64,000 nucleotides of DNA from a virus (IMGVR_UViG_3300028584_001240), one strand, 5' to 3'. Positions 47,984 to 57,576 are shown, counted from the stretch's first letter. The notes: generated from the letters alone by a model not told the origin. Made by a program: numbers and translations.

Positions 47984-48991
47984 TTACATTTGATTTGAGC
48001 TTTTAACCTTTTTTACTCGATGATTTGAGACAGTTAATCCATTTTCAATGGCGTGATCCATCTTCATTAAAAGTTCTAATGTGTAGTGAGCATCATTACC
48101 AGCATTATGCAAATGCTTATAATCAACACTGAAACGATTTAAGATATCCAACAAGGTGGAGTTGTCTTGGCTGTTGTTATTGAAATACTTAGGATAGAAA
48201 TGATAAGTATCCAACACTTTAATATTAGGAAAATCTTCCAGTTTAATATTAAAACGATTTAAGAGAGCAATATCATTATAGCCACCGTGAAGAAGCAAGT
48301 AATCAGCCTGAGATAGATATTGTGTCAGTGTATTCACCATTGTGTGGATAGGCACAATATTGGTTTCACCAAATTGAAATTGAAACTGATTATCACGGCT
48401 GCCTGTTTTAAGGTTCGTAATTAGATACTTATCAAAGATAACCCCATTGTCAGACACACTGAATCCAAGCTCATAAATCTGGTCTTGGTCATACTCAAAG
48501 TCAAGTGAAAGAACTTTACTGGTTTTAATGTCGTTTGGGAAATCGTCCATCATAATGGAATTGAAATAAGATTTACGTTCTTTATCAATACGCACTGCTT
48601 CTTTTTTCAACGTAATCAAATGTTGAATACTTTCATTCATGTAATGATTTTCAACAATTTCGTTGTAGTTGACAGGATAGCTATCGACTTTATAGACATG
48701 ATATTGTTCAGGCTGAAATTCATCAGCAAACTTCATAACTTTATGAGCAGCGACATTTTGATTAAATTTAAGGTTAAAATTCAAGACGTGTTTCATCATG
48801 TCATCTTCATTGACAAGGAATGAAGTCATGTAATGATTTTCGAAAAACATTTCTTTCATTTCATAACGATCAACCATGTAACTAGGAGAAAAGAAGTCAG
48901 ATACTTCTTTCCTAGCTTCCGTAGTAATGTAGGGTTTATTGTATTTAGAAACAACGTAGTTTCTAATTGCGTCTAGCCTATATAATAACAT
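47984..48991 (-). CDS. DEDDh 3'-5' exonuclease paralog
   Basis: SLDFE, LLHGGYND, HNAGND; start refined to MLLYRL. Confidence 0.8.
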   Translation of the reverse strand: MLLYRLDAIRNYVVSKYNKPYITTEARKEVSDFFSPSYMVDRYEMKEMFFENHYMTSFLVNEDDMMKHVLNFNLKFNQNVAAHKVMKFADEFQPEQYHVYKVDSYPVNYNEIVENHYMNESIQHLITLKKEAVRIDKERKSYFNSIMMDDFPNDIKTSKVLSLDFEYDQDQIYELGFSVSDNGVIFDKYLITNLKTGSRDNQFQFQFGETNIVPIHTMVNTLTQYLSQADYLLLHGGYNDIALLNRFNIKLEDFPNIKVLDTYHFYPKYFNNNSQDNSTLLDILNRFSVDYKHLHNAGNDAHYTLELLMKMDHAIENGLTVSNHRVKKVKSSNQM

Positions 48992-49066
48992 TAAATTCAA
49001 CCTTCTATATCTTATACAGGCATTATAACACAAACAATAAAAATATGAAAGATTTAAACTGTTAGC

Positions 49067-49303
49067 TTAAATCGTAACAGGTATGTCTTGTTGTTCTGGT
49101 AGATACTGTTCGATATCCTTACGAAAAACATAAGAAACCTTCCCAGTCACCGTAACGGCCATCACTTCTTGATTTTTAGTAGGTCTAACACGTTCAATAA
49201 GGAAAATATTTACGAAATTATCGACCTTGTATTGTGGTTCAGCGTTCCCTTCAGCAACGGAGCCTTTATAAGATACTTCTTGAATTAGAATTGGTTGCTG
49301 CAT
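49067..49303 (-). CDS. Small hypothetical protein
   Basis: 78 aa, AGGAG RBS. Confidence 0.55.
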   Translation of the reverse strand: MQQPILIQEVSYKGSVAEGNAEPQYKVDNFVNIFLIERVRPTKNQEVMAVTVTGKVSYVFRKDIEQYLPEQQDIPVTI

Positions 49304-49400
49304 ATAAACTCCTTAGTTATGTTTGTAGCGAATTATTATAACATTTAATACTAGAATATCAATACTTTTTTAGTAATAATCTATATTGAGTACTGTTTTT

Positions 49401-50144
49401 TTAATAATTTTGGTGATATTGAATATAGGCTAATCTAACAATAGCGGAACCTTCGCCATACGCTTTTTCAATCGTTTTTATTCCTTGCTTGCAAATTTTT
49501 GATTTTTTGAATTGTTCGACAAATTCATCAAAGTCAGGATCTTCAATAAATATACATGTAGTTAAGTTTGATTTTTCAGCATAGATTGCAAGTATTTTCT
49601 TAGCTCTCTTCAATTCAAAAATACTGTAAATGTCTTTGTCATTGTGAACCTTATTTTTTTTACCGCACTCAGCACAATAATCATGTGTAAAGGGAGCACA
49701 TTCATCAAATTCTTCACAATCTTTATTTTGACAATATTTACCTAATTCCACATTAGCTGAAATACCATATAGGCATTCTTCCATAAAATATGGAGCATAA
49801 ACAGCTTCATCATCAGCCAAATTAAGGGATTCATTGAAAACAGATACACCATTCGAGTGTTTTTTATTGATGAGTACATAATGTTGATCAAACGATTTAT
49901 CAATACTTAGCGGATAGACTTCATATTGAACACCAGTATTAGCCATCACATAATCTATGGCAGAACCACATTTAACGCAATAGTTACTATAATAGGAAGG
50001 GCCATCTTTACCATGCTCACTGCATTTTTTATTGGTGCAAGTGCTGATGTTACGCTTTTCATCTTTGTATTGAATAGTTTTCTTTTTTACGAAAATGACA
50101 GGGCCAATGTAGTTAACAAGGTATTCTAAGTTGCGATCTGACAT
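49401..50144 (-). CDS. Cys-rich protein with two putative zinc-ribbon units
   Basis: CTNKKC...CVKC and CQNKDC...CAEC. Confidence 0.65.
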   Translation of the reverse strand: MSDRNLEYLVNYIGPVIFVKKKTIQYKDEKRNISTCTNKKCSEHGKDGPSYYSNYCVKCGSAIDYVMANTGVQYEVYPLSIDKSFDQHYVLINKKHSNGVSVFNESLNLADDEAVYAPYFMEECLYGISANVELGKYCQNKDCEEFDECAPFTHDYCAECGKKNKVHNDKDIYSIFELKRAKKILAIYAEKSNLTTCIFIEDPDFDEFVEQFKKSKICKQGIKTIEKAYGEGSAIVRLAYIQYHQNY

Positions 50145-50268
50145 AATATCTCCACGATGAGTAGGAATGTGTCAATCGACTACTATCAATAACAGATGAT
50201 AAATATTTGAATTACATTCCGAATGGTTATGATATCAAAATCAAGGATTGTTGTCAATATAACTGTAT

Positions 50269-50610
50269 TTAAACAAGCCCTTCAAGAGAATTAAGAAAGT
50301 TGGCATAGAACTCACCATGACAATCCGTTAAATCGGTTGCAAAAGCGTCTTGGTCGGAACGGCATTTTTTACAAGTGCAGCCCAGTCTTTTACCACGTAA
50401 GGCTAAAACATCAGCTCTAAATTCTTTGTCAAGAATAAGCTTTTTGGAGATTTCATATTCAAATGTAAACATAGATTGTTCAAGTGTATACTCACCTGTA
50501 TAAATACTGAATGGGTTTCCAAACTTAGATCCCCGTCCAATATAGACATCAAAGGGTTCAAGCTTTTTATTTACTGCTATGGTTGGGATTTTGACTTTTT
50601 TTTTAACAGC
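50269..50610 (-). CDS. DUF4326-like domain in the -1 frame of the NADAR gene (no canonical start)
   Basis: DVYIGRGSKFGNPF...LRGKRLGCTCK...CHG; frame is open from 50610 with no ATG/GTG/TTG before the conserved motif. Confidence 0.7.
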   Translation of the reverse strand, partial: AVKKKVKIPTIAVNKKLEPFDVYIGRGSKFGNPFSIYTGEYTLEQSMFTFEYEISKKLILDKEFRADVLALRGKRLGCTCKKCRSDQDAFATDLTDCHGEFYANFLNSLEGLV

Positions 50611-51137
50611 TTAGCGATCTCTGGTTTGTAATCAAGCAGGTCTTTTCCATCACGAAGTTCTTGCCTTAGTTTCATAATGATAATCCCAAGGTTGTTAAAA
50701 CCTTCACCGGATGGCAAAGCACCCCAGAAAACATCACCCCAACTGTTCGTTTCTTCAATGAAGATATCACGAGTAGCAAGCAGGAATTCTTTAAATTTAG
50801 GTTGTGAGAACTTACGGCGAAGGGCGAACTCCATCACTTCAAGCTTAATGTAATCCCAATCATCACGAACTACAAACTTCAAATTGTGAGAAGACGCATA
50901 ACGTTTTGATTTATTCGGTGTCATGGCTGCGATAAGTTTACGTTCTTCCTTATCTTTTGTTTTCATCGCCTGATAATAGTTTTCAGTGGTAAAGTATTGG
51001 ATACCATCATATTCAAAGGGTTCAATAGGAAAAAAGTTAGACAACCATCTAAAATCACCAGAAAACCCACGAATTTCGGAGATCTCTGAAGCTTTTTCGA
51101 GCATGATTTTTTCGCCTATTTCTTCCGCTTCAAACAT
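50577..51137 (-). CDS. NADAR family protein (YbiA-like)
   Basis: WLSNF, TTENYYQAMK, ALRRKFSQ, EETNSWGDVFWG, NNLG..IMKLR. Confidence 0.9.
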   Translation of the reverse strand: MFEAEEIGEKIMLEKASEISEIRGFSGDFRWLSNFFPIEPFEYDGIQYFTTENYYQAMKTKDKEERKLIAAMTPNKSKRYASSHNLKFVVRDDWDYIKLEVMEFALRRKFSQPKFKEFLLATRDIFIEETNSWGDVFWGALPSGEGFNNLGIIIMKLRQELRDGKDLLDYKPEIAKLLKKKSKSQP

Positions 51138-51211
51138 AAGACACCCCAAAAGTTAATCTTAATATTATACCATAATTAAATGCAAAACTGAAGGTTATTT
51201 TGGAAATAAAT

Positions 51212-51835
51212 TCAAATTTTCAGCATTTCAATTGCTTTAAACGTGTCTTGATTAATCTTTGTGATGGGTACGTTGAGCATTTTAAATTGATAAGAAGACA
51301 ATGAGATATAGTCATCTTTATTTTTGATAACCAAAAACCCACCAAATTTAATGTGACCCATCGTTGATTGTGTAAGACTTTCTTTAAATAATTGCAATTT
51401 TGTCTTATCCATTGCTTCAAATGAAGAATCGGGTTCACCAAAGAAAACAGTAAGACCGTCTTGCTTAAAAAAGAAAGTATCGGACACTTGGTCAGTAGAA
51501 CAGAAATTCCTCACCTTCCAGTGCAAGTAAAATAATGCGTCTGTGGTGTTTTTATTAAATCCTTGTTTTTTAGATTCTTTAAAAATATAGATATACTTAA
51601 AAACAGTGCCCATAGACGCAATAAACAATAAACCCAAACAGACTGCTAAGAAATATGTGAAATAATAAGCACCTGATAGAAAGTATTCCAAGAATGCCAA
51701 TCCAGACAATAGGCAGACTGGAAGCCATCGTTTCAACATTTGAGTCATATTTAACGATTTCGGATATTTAAACTCCAAAACGCCATGAAGGCATTGAAGA
51801 ATAGAAGTAATAGCGAGCATGAATGAAAAAGTCAT
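51212..51835 (-). CDS. Membrane protein paralog, C-terminal xxxMxxI
   Basis: Three N-terminal TM segments; ends KAIEMLKI. Confidence 0.7.
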   Translation of the reverse strand: MTFSFMLAITSILQCLHGVLEFKYPKSLNMTQMLKRWLPVCLLSGLAFLEYFLSGAYYFTYFLAVCLGLLFIASMGTVFKYIYIFKESKKQGFNKNTTDALFYLHWKVRNFCSTDQVSDTFFFKQDGLTVFFGEPDSSFEAMDKTKLQLFKESLTQSTMGHIKFGGFLVIKNKDDYISLSSYQFKMLNVPITKINQDTFKAIEMLKI

Positions 51836-51907
51836 CAAAATATCCTCTAAATAAGTGCCATTATTATACCAAATAACAACAATCCATTCAAGCATTATAA
51901 TACGAAG

Positions 51908-52525
51908 TTATATTTTTAACATTCTCAACAAATCAAAATGATTTCTATCCATATTGAATATATCCACATCAATCAGTTGCAAATCAGCAGAAGACACCGA
52001 AAGATAGTTATCATCACAATTCAATACTAAGAAATTCTCAAATGAAACACTTTTTGATTTTTCTTCTTTGATGTTGTCTTTAAATCGACTAAGGTAATCG
52101 TCTGACAAAGACTTAAAGTCATCACTATTTGCGTCAAAATAAATATTAACGCCATTGTTCTTGAAGAAATAGATATTAGGATTTTCTGATTTAAAAAGTG
52201 TTCTCATTTTGAAACGAGTAAAAAATAAGGCAAACGTTGCATACTCTCTTTTATCAAGTTTTTTTGTGAAAGCAATAAAGCCAATAATACCTAGCACCGT
52301 TATGAGTTGCAGTAACTCCCAAGCAATAAAACACGTAAAAACAATGCCCATTGCTAATGAGTTAAAATAAAAATATTCAGCAAAGGTTAACCCAACCAGA
52401 ATAGATTGTCCAGCCAACTTTCTATACAAGTAAGCATTAGTGAATTGAGACGCAAACTTATAATTCCAAAACAAAGAAACAGGTAAACCTACAAAGAGAA
52501 CAATCAGAAATGTTTCAAGTGACAT
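51908..52525 (-). CDS. Membrane protein paralog, C-terminal LxxMxxI
   Basis: NIYFFKNNGVNIYFD; ends DLLRMLKI. Confidence 0.7.
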   Translation of the reverse strand: MSLETFLIVLFVGLPVSLFWNYKFASQFTNAYLYRKLAGQSILVGLTFAEYFYFNSLAMGIVFTCFIAWELLQLITVLGIIGFIAFTKKLDKREYATFALFFTRFKMRTLFKSENPNIYFFKNNGVNIYFDANSDDFKSLSDDYLSRFKDNIKEEKSKSVSFENFLVLNCDDNYLSVSSADLQLIDVDIFNMDRNHFDLLRMLKI

Positions 52526-52545
52526 AATAACCTCTCTCCGTAATG

Positions 52546-53166
52546 TTAAATTTTTATCATCTGCAGTAAATCAAAATGTTCTTTGGTTATTTTCTCAATA
52601 GGAACATCGAGCGTTTTTAGTTCTTCTGAGGAAACAGACATGAACCTTTCCTTAACATTAAGGATGACAAATTTATTAAGCTCTATTTTATTATAGGTTT
52701 TATCAACAAGCGAGTTAGCAAAATAAGTCACATGGGCATTTGAAAGTGTATCAAAATCAGAACTGTGTTTATCAAAGTAAATATTCACACCACCGTTGTT
52801 AATAAAATAAATATTAGAGTTGCCTTTCGAAAAATAAAAGCTTCTCACTTTAAGGTTCTTTAAAAACAACTTCAAGGAGGGAAGGCTGTCAATATCAACT
52901 TGCTGAGTAAAGATAACAAACCATGTTATGGCTGCAAACATTAAGAATTTAAGAAAGATATACCCCATTGCAAAGGCAAAGAGCAAAGCAAACACTGTGC
53001 TCGTAAAATACGTGTATTCAACTATTGCAGCAATTGCCAACGCAACAGTAATGACAAGACTTTTAATCAAATAGGCATTTGAAAAGTCAGGCGACAGTTT
53101 GTAATTCAATAGCAAGTGCATTGGAAGTGTAATGCAGGCAAACACAACAAATAAGAATAGTGACAT
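52546..53166 (-). CDS. Membrane protein paralog, C-terminal LxxMxxI
   Basis: NIYFINNGGVNIYFD; ends DLLQMIKI. Confidence 0.7.
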   Translation of the reverse strand: MSLFLFVVFACITLPMHLLLNYKLSPDFSNAYLIKSLVITVALAIAAIVEYTYFTSTVFALLFAFAMGYIFLKFLMFAAITWFVIFTQQVDIDSLPSLKLFLKNLKVRSFYFSKGNSNIYFINNGGVNIYFDKHSSDFDTLSNAHVTYFANSLVDKTYNKIELNKFVILNVKERFMSVSSEELKTLDVPIEKITKEHFDLLQMIKI

Positions 53167-53225
53167 AATAAAAAAGCCTCTTTAAAAAGATGGCTTATTT
53201 TAACATAGATAGGTATTGTTTACAA

Positions 53226-53609
53226 TCAATTTCTAGATCCACCAGTAGGCACTAACCAATAACTGCTGTTTTCATAATTAACTTTGTAAACGGCTTTTTT
53301 AACGCCTCTGAATGACTCAGGGAATTCGTCAGTGATAGGGAATATAACAAGGTCACCCGTTTTTCTTACGTGTTCTCTTTCAACAATTTTACACTTTGAC
53401 TGCTTAATAGAATTACCTAATATCAAAGCTTGATCACCTTTACCACTGGCAGTAAATCCCATTTTTACAAGCCTAGTAGCTTCTTCTTGTTGGTAACAAA
53501 TAACTTCCTTACCTTTTATTGCATGTAAATTATACATAGTGGTATTGACCTGATTACTTGAACAACCAGCCAATAAGACTAAGAGAGATCCGCCGATTAT
53601 ATTTTTCAT
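53226..53609 (-). CDS. Lipoprotein
   Basis: Lipobox LLAGC. Confidence 0.75.
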   Translation of the reverse strand: MKNIIGGSLLVLLAGCSSNQVNTTMYNLHAIKGKEVICYQQEEATRLVKMGFTASGKGDQALILGNSIKQSKCKIVEREHVRKTGDLVIFPITDEFPESFRGVKKAVYKVNYENSSYWLVPTGGSRN

Positions 53610-53881
53610 TCCATTAATAATATAGTTGTTTTATTCATATTATCATTATTGCTATAAAATAAAAGAGATAGTTAAAAAATAAAATCAACCATTAAATATT
53701 GAAAAGGATAAAATATAGTGTAAATTTTAAGAATGCAACTGATATTTGCACGCTTGATAGTCTTAGGCACAATTCGTTTGAATATTATCATTAAAACCAA
53801 AATCACACAATTCCAACCAAAAAAGTCGGTTGGCGTTTGCTATCACGACATAATCGACTTATATAATTGGAGGAATTTACA

Positions 53882-54712
53882 ATGAACTACATTACTATTG
53901 CCGATCTAAAAAAACAGGCAAAGAAAGAAAGAAGAAATAACAACTCAATCAAAAATCATGCTGACTCATTAAATATTGTTGCAAAGCAAAACAATTTCGA
54001 TAGCTGGTCAGATCTCATTGATAAATCGGTCATCTTAAAAAAAGAAAACATACTCACACAATCAGAAAGATTAAGTATGTTAAAAACCTTTATCAATGAC
54101 GCCACTGTTCATCTAAACGAGTTAACAACTATTTTTAAAATAGAAAATCATGATGTCTTGTCTATAAAAATGACAAAATACTTTCTAGATTCAATAGAGG
54201 AATATAGCAATGGAGATACGCTTTGGAGAGAAAGGGCTATCTTGTGGCTAGACAGCTTGTGTTTCATTTTTGTTAAGTCTGACATTCCAAAAACATTTAA
54301 AGGATTTAGAAGTATGATGAGCTTTACTGATCTATTAAAAGTCATTTATCGAAACCATTTACAACACGAAGAACAGGTTGAAAATTTATTCGATATGATG
54401 TATTATGAGTATGATTTAGAAGAAATTAAAGAACCTAGCTACGATGTTTTACAACAATATGGATATTGCTCAATGCAGGGAATACGCAAATTTGGATTTA
54501 CTGAAAATTTGTTCAAATTTATTAATCTAAACGAAAATATAACTAAAGATCATGTAAAAAATATGATACTGCATAATACAGAATTATTTACAATGACCTT
54601 TTATGCTAAATCTAATATGTTAGATCCTCATCAAATTTTTAAAAGGTATAAAGATTCCTTTAACAATAAAGCTGATTTTAAAGTTGCATTAAAAAATGAT
54701 TTATATCCATAA
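53882..54712 (+). CDS. Protein with N-terminal 'glyoxalase superfamily'-type helical domain
   Basis: LKKQAKKER...HADSLNIVAKQNNFDSW pattern; GGAGG RBS. Confidence 0.55.
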   Translation: MNYITIADLKKQAKKERRNNNSIKNHADSLNIVAKQNNFDSWSDLIDKSVILKKENILTQSERLSMLKTFINDATVHLNELTTIFKIENHDVLSIKMTKYFLDSIEEYSNGDTLWRERAILWLDSLCFIFVKSDIPKTFKGFRSMMSFTDLLKVIYRNHLQHEEQVENLFDMMYYEYDLEEIKEPSYDVLQQYGYCSMQGIRKFGFTENLFKFINLNENITKDHVKNMILHNTELFTMTFYAKSNMLDPHQIFKRYKDSFNNKADFKVALKNDLYP

Positions 54713-54759
54713 GATTAATTTAAAGCCACTTGTGTGGCTTTTTTATCCACTGAAAATTA

Positions 54760-55416
54760 TCAAATAGCAAACATTTCTTTCGTCATCATTGTGTTCTTTA
54801 AGTCATCGACACGTTCATCAAACGTCTTTTGTTGACCATCATGCTCAAAAAATTCATCAATCTTTGCAATGTAAGCGGCATAATCATTAATCAAGTATTC
54901 ACCAAACTGTTTAGCGGTGATTTCAGCACCAGCATAGTTCACACGGCCATCAGCATGAACGATAACATACGATAGTCGTTCACTCCCTGTGGTGGATACC
55001 CAAAAGCCTACACTTGGCTTATACTCACTCTGGAAGTCTTCTAGACGCCCTTCAAAAGCATGAATAACAAAATCAATGACCTTGATACGAGAAATAGTTT
55101 GGTTATCATTGCTCACAACATCATACTTCAAACCGTTAATGTCACGAATGGCATTAAAAATAAAATCAACAACCTTCTGGTTTTTAATGAAGTTTTTTGT
55201 CAAGCTCTGGCTATTGGATGAAATTGAATAGTGGAATACGTCTTTACCAGCACCAATCAAAGGACGGCGAGACACTTCCAACAAATCAGAACCACACATG
55301 AAGTAAGATTTTGCTTTGCCTTGTGTGTAGCCGATTTTTTCATAGCCATAGTTGGTCATCAGAAAATCACCGATTTTCTTTTGTGTGGCCTTGTCAATCT
55401 TGCTGATTTCTTTCAT
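54760..55416 (-). CDS. Hypothetical protein, C-terminal xxxMxxI
   Basis: AGGTG RBS before MKEISK; ends TKEMFAI. Confidence 0.7.
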   Translation of the reverse strand: MKEISKIDKATQKKIGDFLMTNYGYEKIGYTQGKAKSYFMCGSDLLEVSRRPLIGAGKDVFHYSISSNSQSLTKNFIKNQKVVDFIFNAIRDINGLKYDVVSNDNQTISRIKVIDFVIHAFEGRLEDFQSEYKPSVGFWVSTTGSERLSYVIVHADGRVNYAGAEITAKQFGEYLINDYAAYIAKIDEFFEHDGQQKTFDERVDDLKNTMMTKEMFAI

Positions 55417-55521
55417 CAATGCACCTTTTAGTATCATTTTAGATGGTGTGATTATACCATAATGCTTTTTCTTAGGCAATAAAAAAGTCGCCTGAAAGCG
55501 ACCTTTTTTGTAACTCAAACC

Positions 55522-57006
55522 TTAGTAGGCTTGTTGTGAACGCGGTTTGTAGCGAATTGTTGCACCGTATTCTTTTGGAATAATCACTTCGGTGTTGACC
55601 ACATAAATGGTATCACAGAAGTTCGGCACGCCAAAACCATCACCAGTGTAACCGTCAGTGAACATAATGAAAAGCTTCGGTTTGATACGCTTTTCACGCA
55701 TGAACGCCCAATTCGCAAGGAAAGATGTGCCACCACCACCAAAGAACTCGTATTTAGGCAAACTACGAATGTTTGAAGGCGTATACTCTTTCAAGCTCTG
55801 AGGATACACTTTACCATCAAATGTCCAAATGCGAAGCTTAAAGTCACGCTTGTATTGCTGAGTAATACCGGCAATCTCTGACAAGAAGTCTGCCATTTCC
55901 ACTTCACCAATGGAACCGGAACAGTCGATTGCAATGTGAATGTCCACTTTTTCAATTTGACGGAAACCCGGCATAATGAATTCGCCATCGAAAGAACGGC
56001 GTGACGGACGGCTCCAGTCGTCGCTCTCGCGGAACAATGAAGTAATACGAGTGCGGATGTATTGACGCCAGTTAATCTCTGGACGACGCATACGCTCAAT
56101 CAAACGCTCCAAGTCAGCAGGCATTGAGCCAGCGTCCGAACCATTGGTGGAACGGCGAGCTTCTTCGTTATCCTTGTGCTGGTCGTAGGCGTTAATCATA
56201 CGATCTTTGAAGTCACGCATAATTTCTTCACGTTCTTCTGGTGTCAAATCACGAGGTTTGAAGTCAGCACCACCTTCGCTCTTTTCTGGCCCTTCGCCTT
56301 CACCTTGACCTTCGCCATCACCATTAGGGTCAGCTTTACGTTTTTGGTTGCCTTCTTCCGCAACACCTGTACCAACCGAGTGGTCATCAAGTGTAGTGCC
56401 GTTCTGGCCCGCGTTAGGGTCTTTCAACAAGTCTTTGTAAATTTCTTCCATGCTCATGTCGTCATACTTTTTATCGTAGAACAATTTGATAACTTCTTTA
56501 CGAATCAAGGTACCCACTTTGCAAGTAACCAAGTCGCGGTTTACACAGAAGTCAGCGGCAATGTTAGCCAATTTCGCATGAAGGCGAATTTTTTCATCAA
56601 ACGTCATATCATTATCGGCATAGTGTTCGTAGTCGTTCACGGTCGCAATAGCACGGCCAAAGTGGTCGTAAGCAACGTGAAGGATTTCGTGACCATACAC
56701 GAACTGAATTTCTTCTGGCTCAAGCAACAGGAAGAAACCTACGTTGTAGTAGAAGTGCTTGCCATCGGTAGCAGCCGTTACAAGCCATTTGGACGCATCC
56801 ACAAGCTCAAGGTTCATCGCCATGATACCGAAGAACGGTTGACGCATAAGAAAGTTCGAACGTGCCTGATAGATTTTGTCTTCAACAATAGCAATTTCTT
56901 CCGGTGTATACGGCTTAGTACGTTCCTTTACGGCCTGCAAAATGGGGGAAAGTTCTTCACCCTTTTCGCTGACTTCATCTTTCTTTTTTCCTTTGAGAAT
57001 TGACAT
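55522..57006 (-). CDS. DUF2201-type putative metallopeptidase plus vWA domain protein
   Basis: AATDG, HEILH (HExxH), NIAADFCVN, IAIDCSGSI MIDAS, GGGTSF, FTDG. Confidence 0.88.
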   Translation of the reverse strand: MSILKGKKKDEVSEKGEELSPILQAVKERTKPYTPEEIAIVEDKIYQARSNFLMRQPFFGIMAMNLELVDASKWLVTAATDGKHFYYNVGFFLLLEPEEIQFVYGHEILHVAYDHFGRAIATVNDYEHYADNDMTFDEKIRLHAKLANIAADFCVNRDLVTCKVGTLIRKEVIKLFYDKKYDDMSMEEIYKDLLKDPNAGQNGTTLDDHSVGTGVAEEGNQKRKADPNGDGEGQGEGEGPEKSEGGADFKPRDLTPEEREEIMRDFKDRMINAYDQHKDNEEARRSTNGSDAGSMPADLERLIERMRRPEINWRQYIRTRITSLFRESDDWSRPSRRSFDGEFIMPGFRQIEKVDIHIAIDCSGSIGEVEMADFLSEIAGITQQYKRDFKLRIWTFDGKVYPQSLKEYTPSNIRSLPKYEFFGGGGTSFLANWAFMREKRIKPKLFIMFTDGYTGDGFGVPNFCDTIYVVNTEVIIPKEYGATIRYKPRSQQAY

Positions 57007-57090
57007 ATATTTATTTCCTCATGTTCTGTTTTAGTGAAACTATTATACCAAAAAAATTATTAGAGAGCAATCATTATTTTAAAATAATTG

Positions 57091-57576
57091 CTATATTTCT
57101 CGAAGTTTGTAAAGAGTTGGATTTTCATCTATCAGATGCTTATATTTTTTAAACGAATCTAAAATAAGTCTTGATTGTGGTGTGTTCAAGCTTGTATGAA
57201 CCCTACATTTACGCACCATACAAATAACCGCTGCTTCAAAAAATTGAAAATCTGTAAAATTACTATAAATAAAATCAATGTAATTACAAATGGCAAGATT
57301 AAAGAACTCTCGATTATTGGCTGATGTGCCAGTATCAATTGCCGATTTAAACTCAATCAATTCTTTTTCAAAAAGATGAATAAAATGAATAGGGAAAACG
57401 TTACGATCAACCAATGCACCACGACCTTTCAGAATAAGCCTCAAATGCGTATTCTCGACTAATTTATCAATGTAATCAAAAAAAGCCGCTGTGTTATTAG
57501 TAAATAATTTGACTGATATATGAGTTTGAACATATGGTACATTAGGCAAATAAGACTGATTAACGGAAAGACTCAT
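57091..57576 (-). CDS. Hypothetical protein
   Basis: AGGAG RBS; ends LYKLREI (variant of the C-terminal motif). Confidence 0.6.
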   Translation of the reverse strand: MSLSVNQSYLPNVPYVQTHISVKLFTNNTAAFFDYIDKLVENTHLRLILKGRGALVDRNVFPIHFIHLFEKELIEFKSAIDTGTSANNREFFNLAICNYIDFIYSNFTDFQFFEAAVICMVRKCRVHTSLNTPQSRLILDSFKKYKHLIDENPTLYKLREI

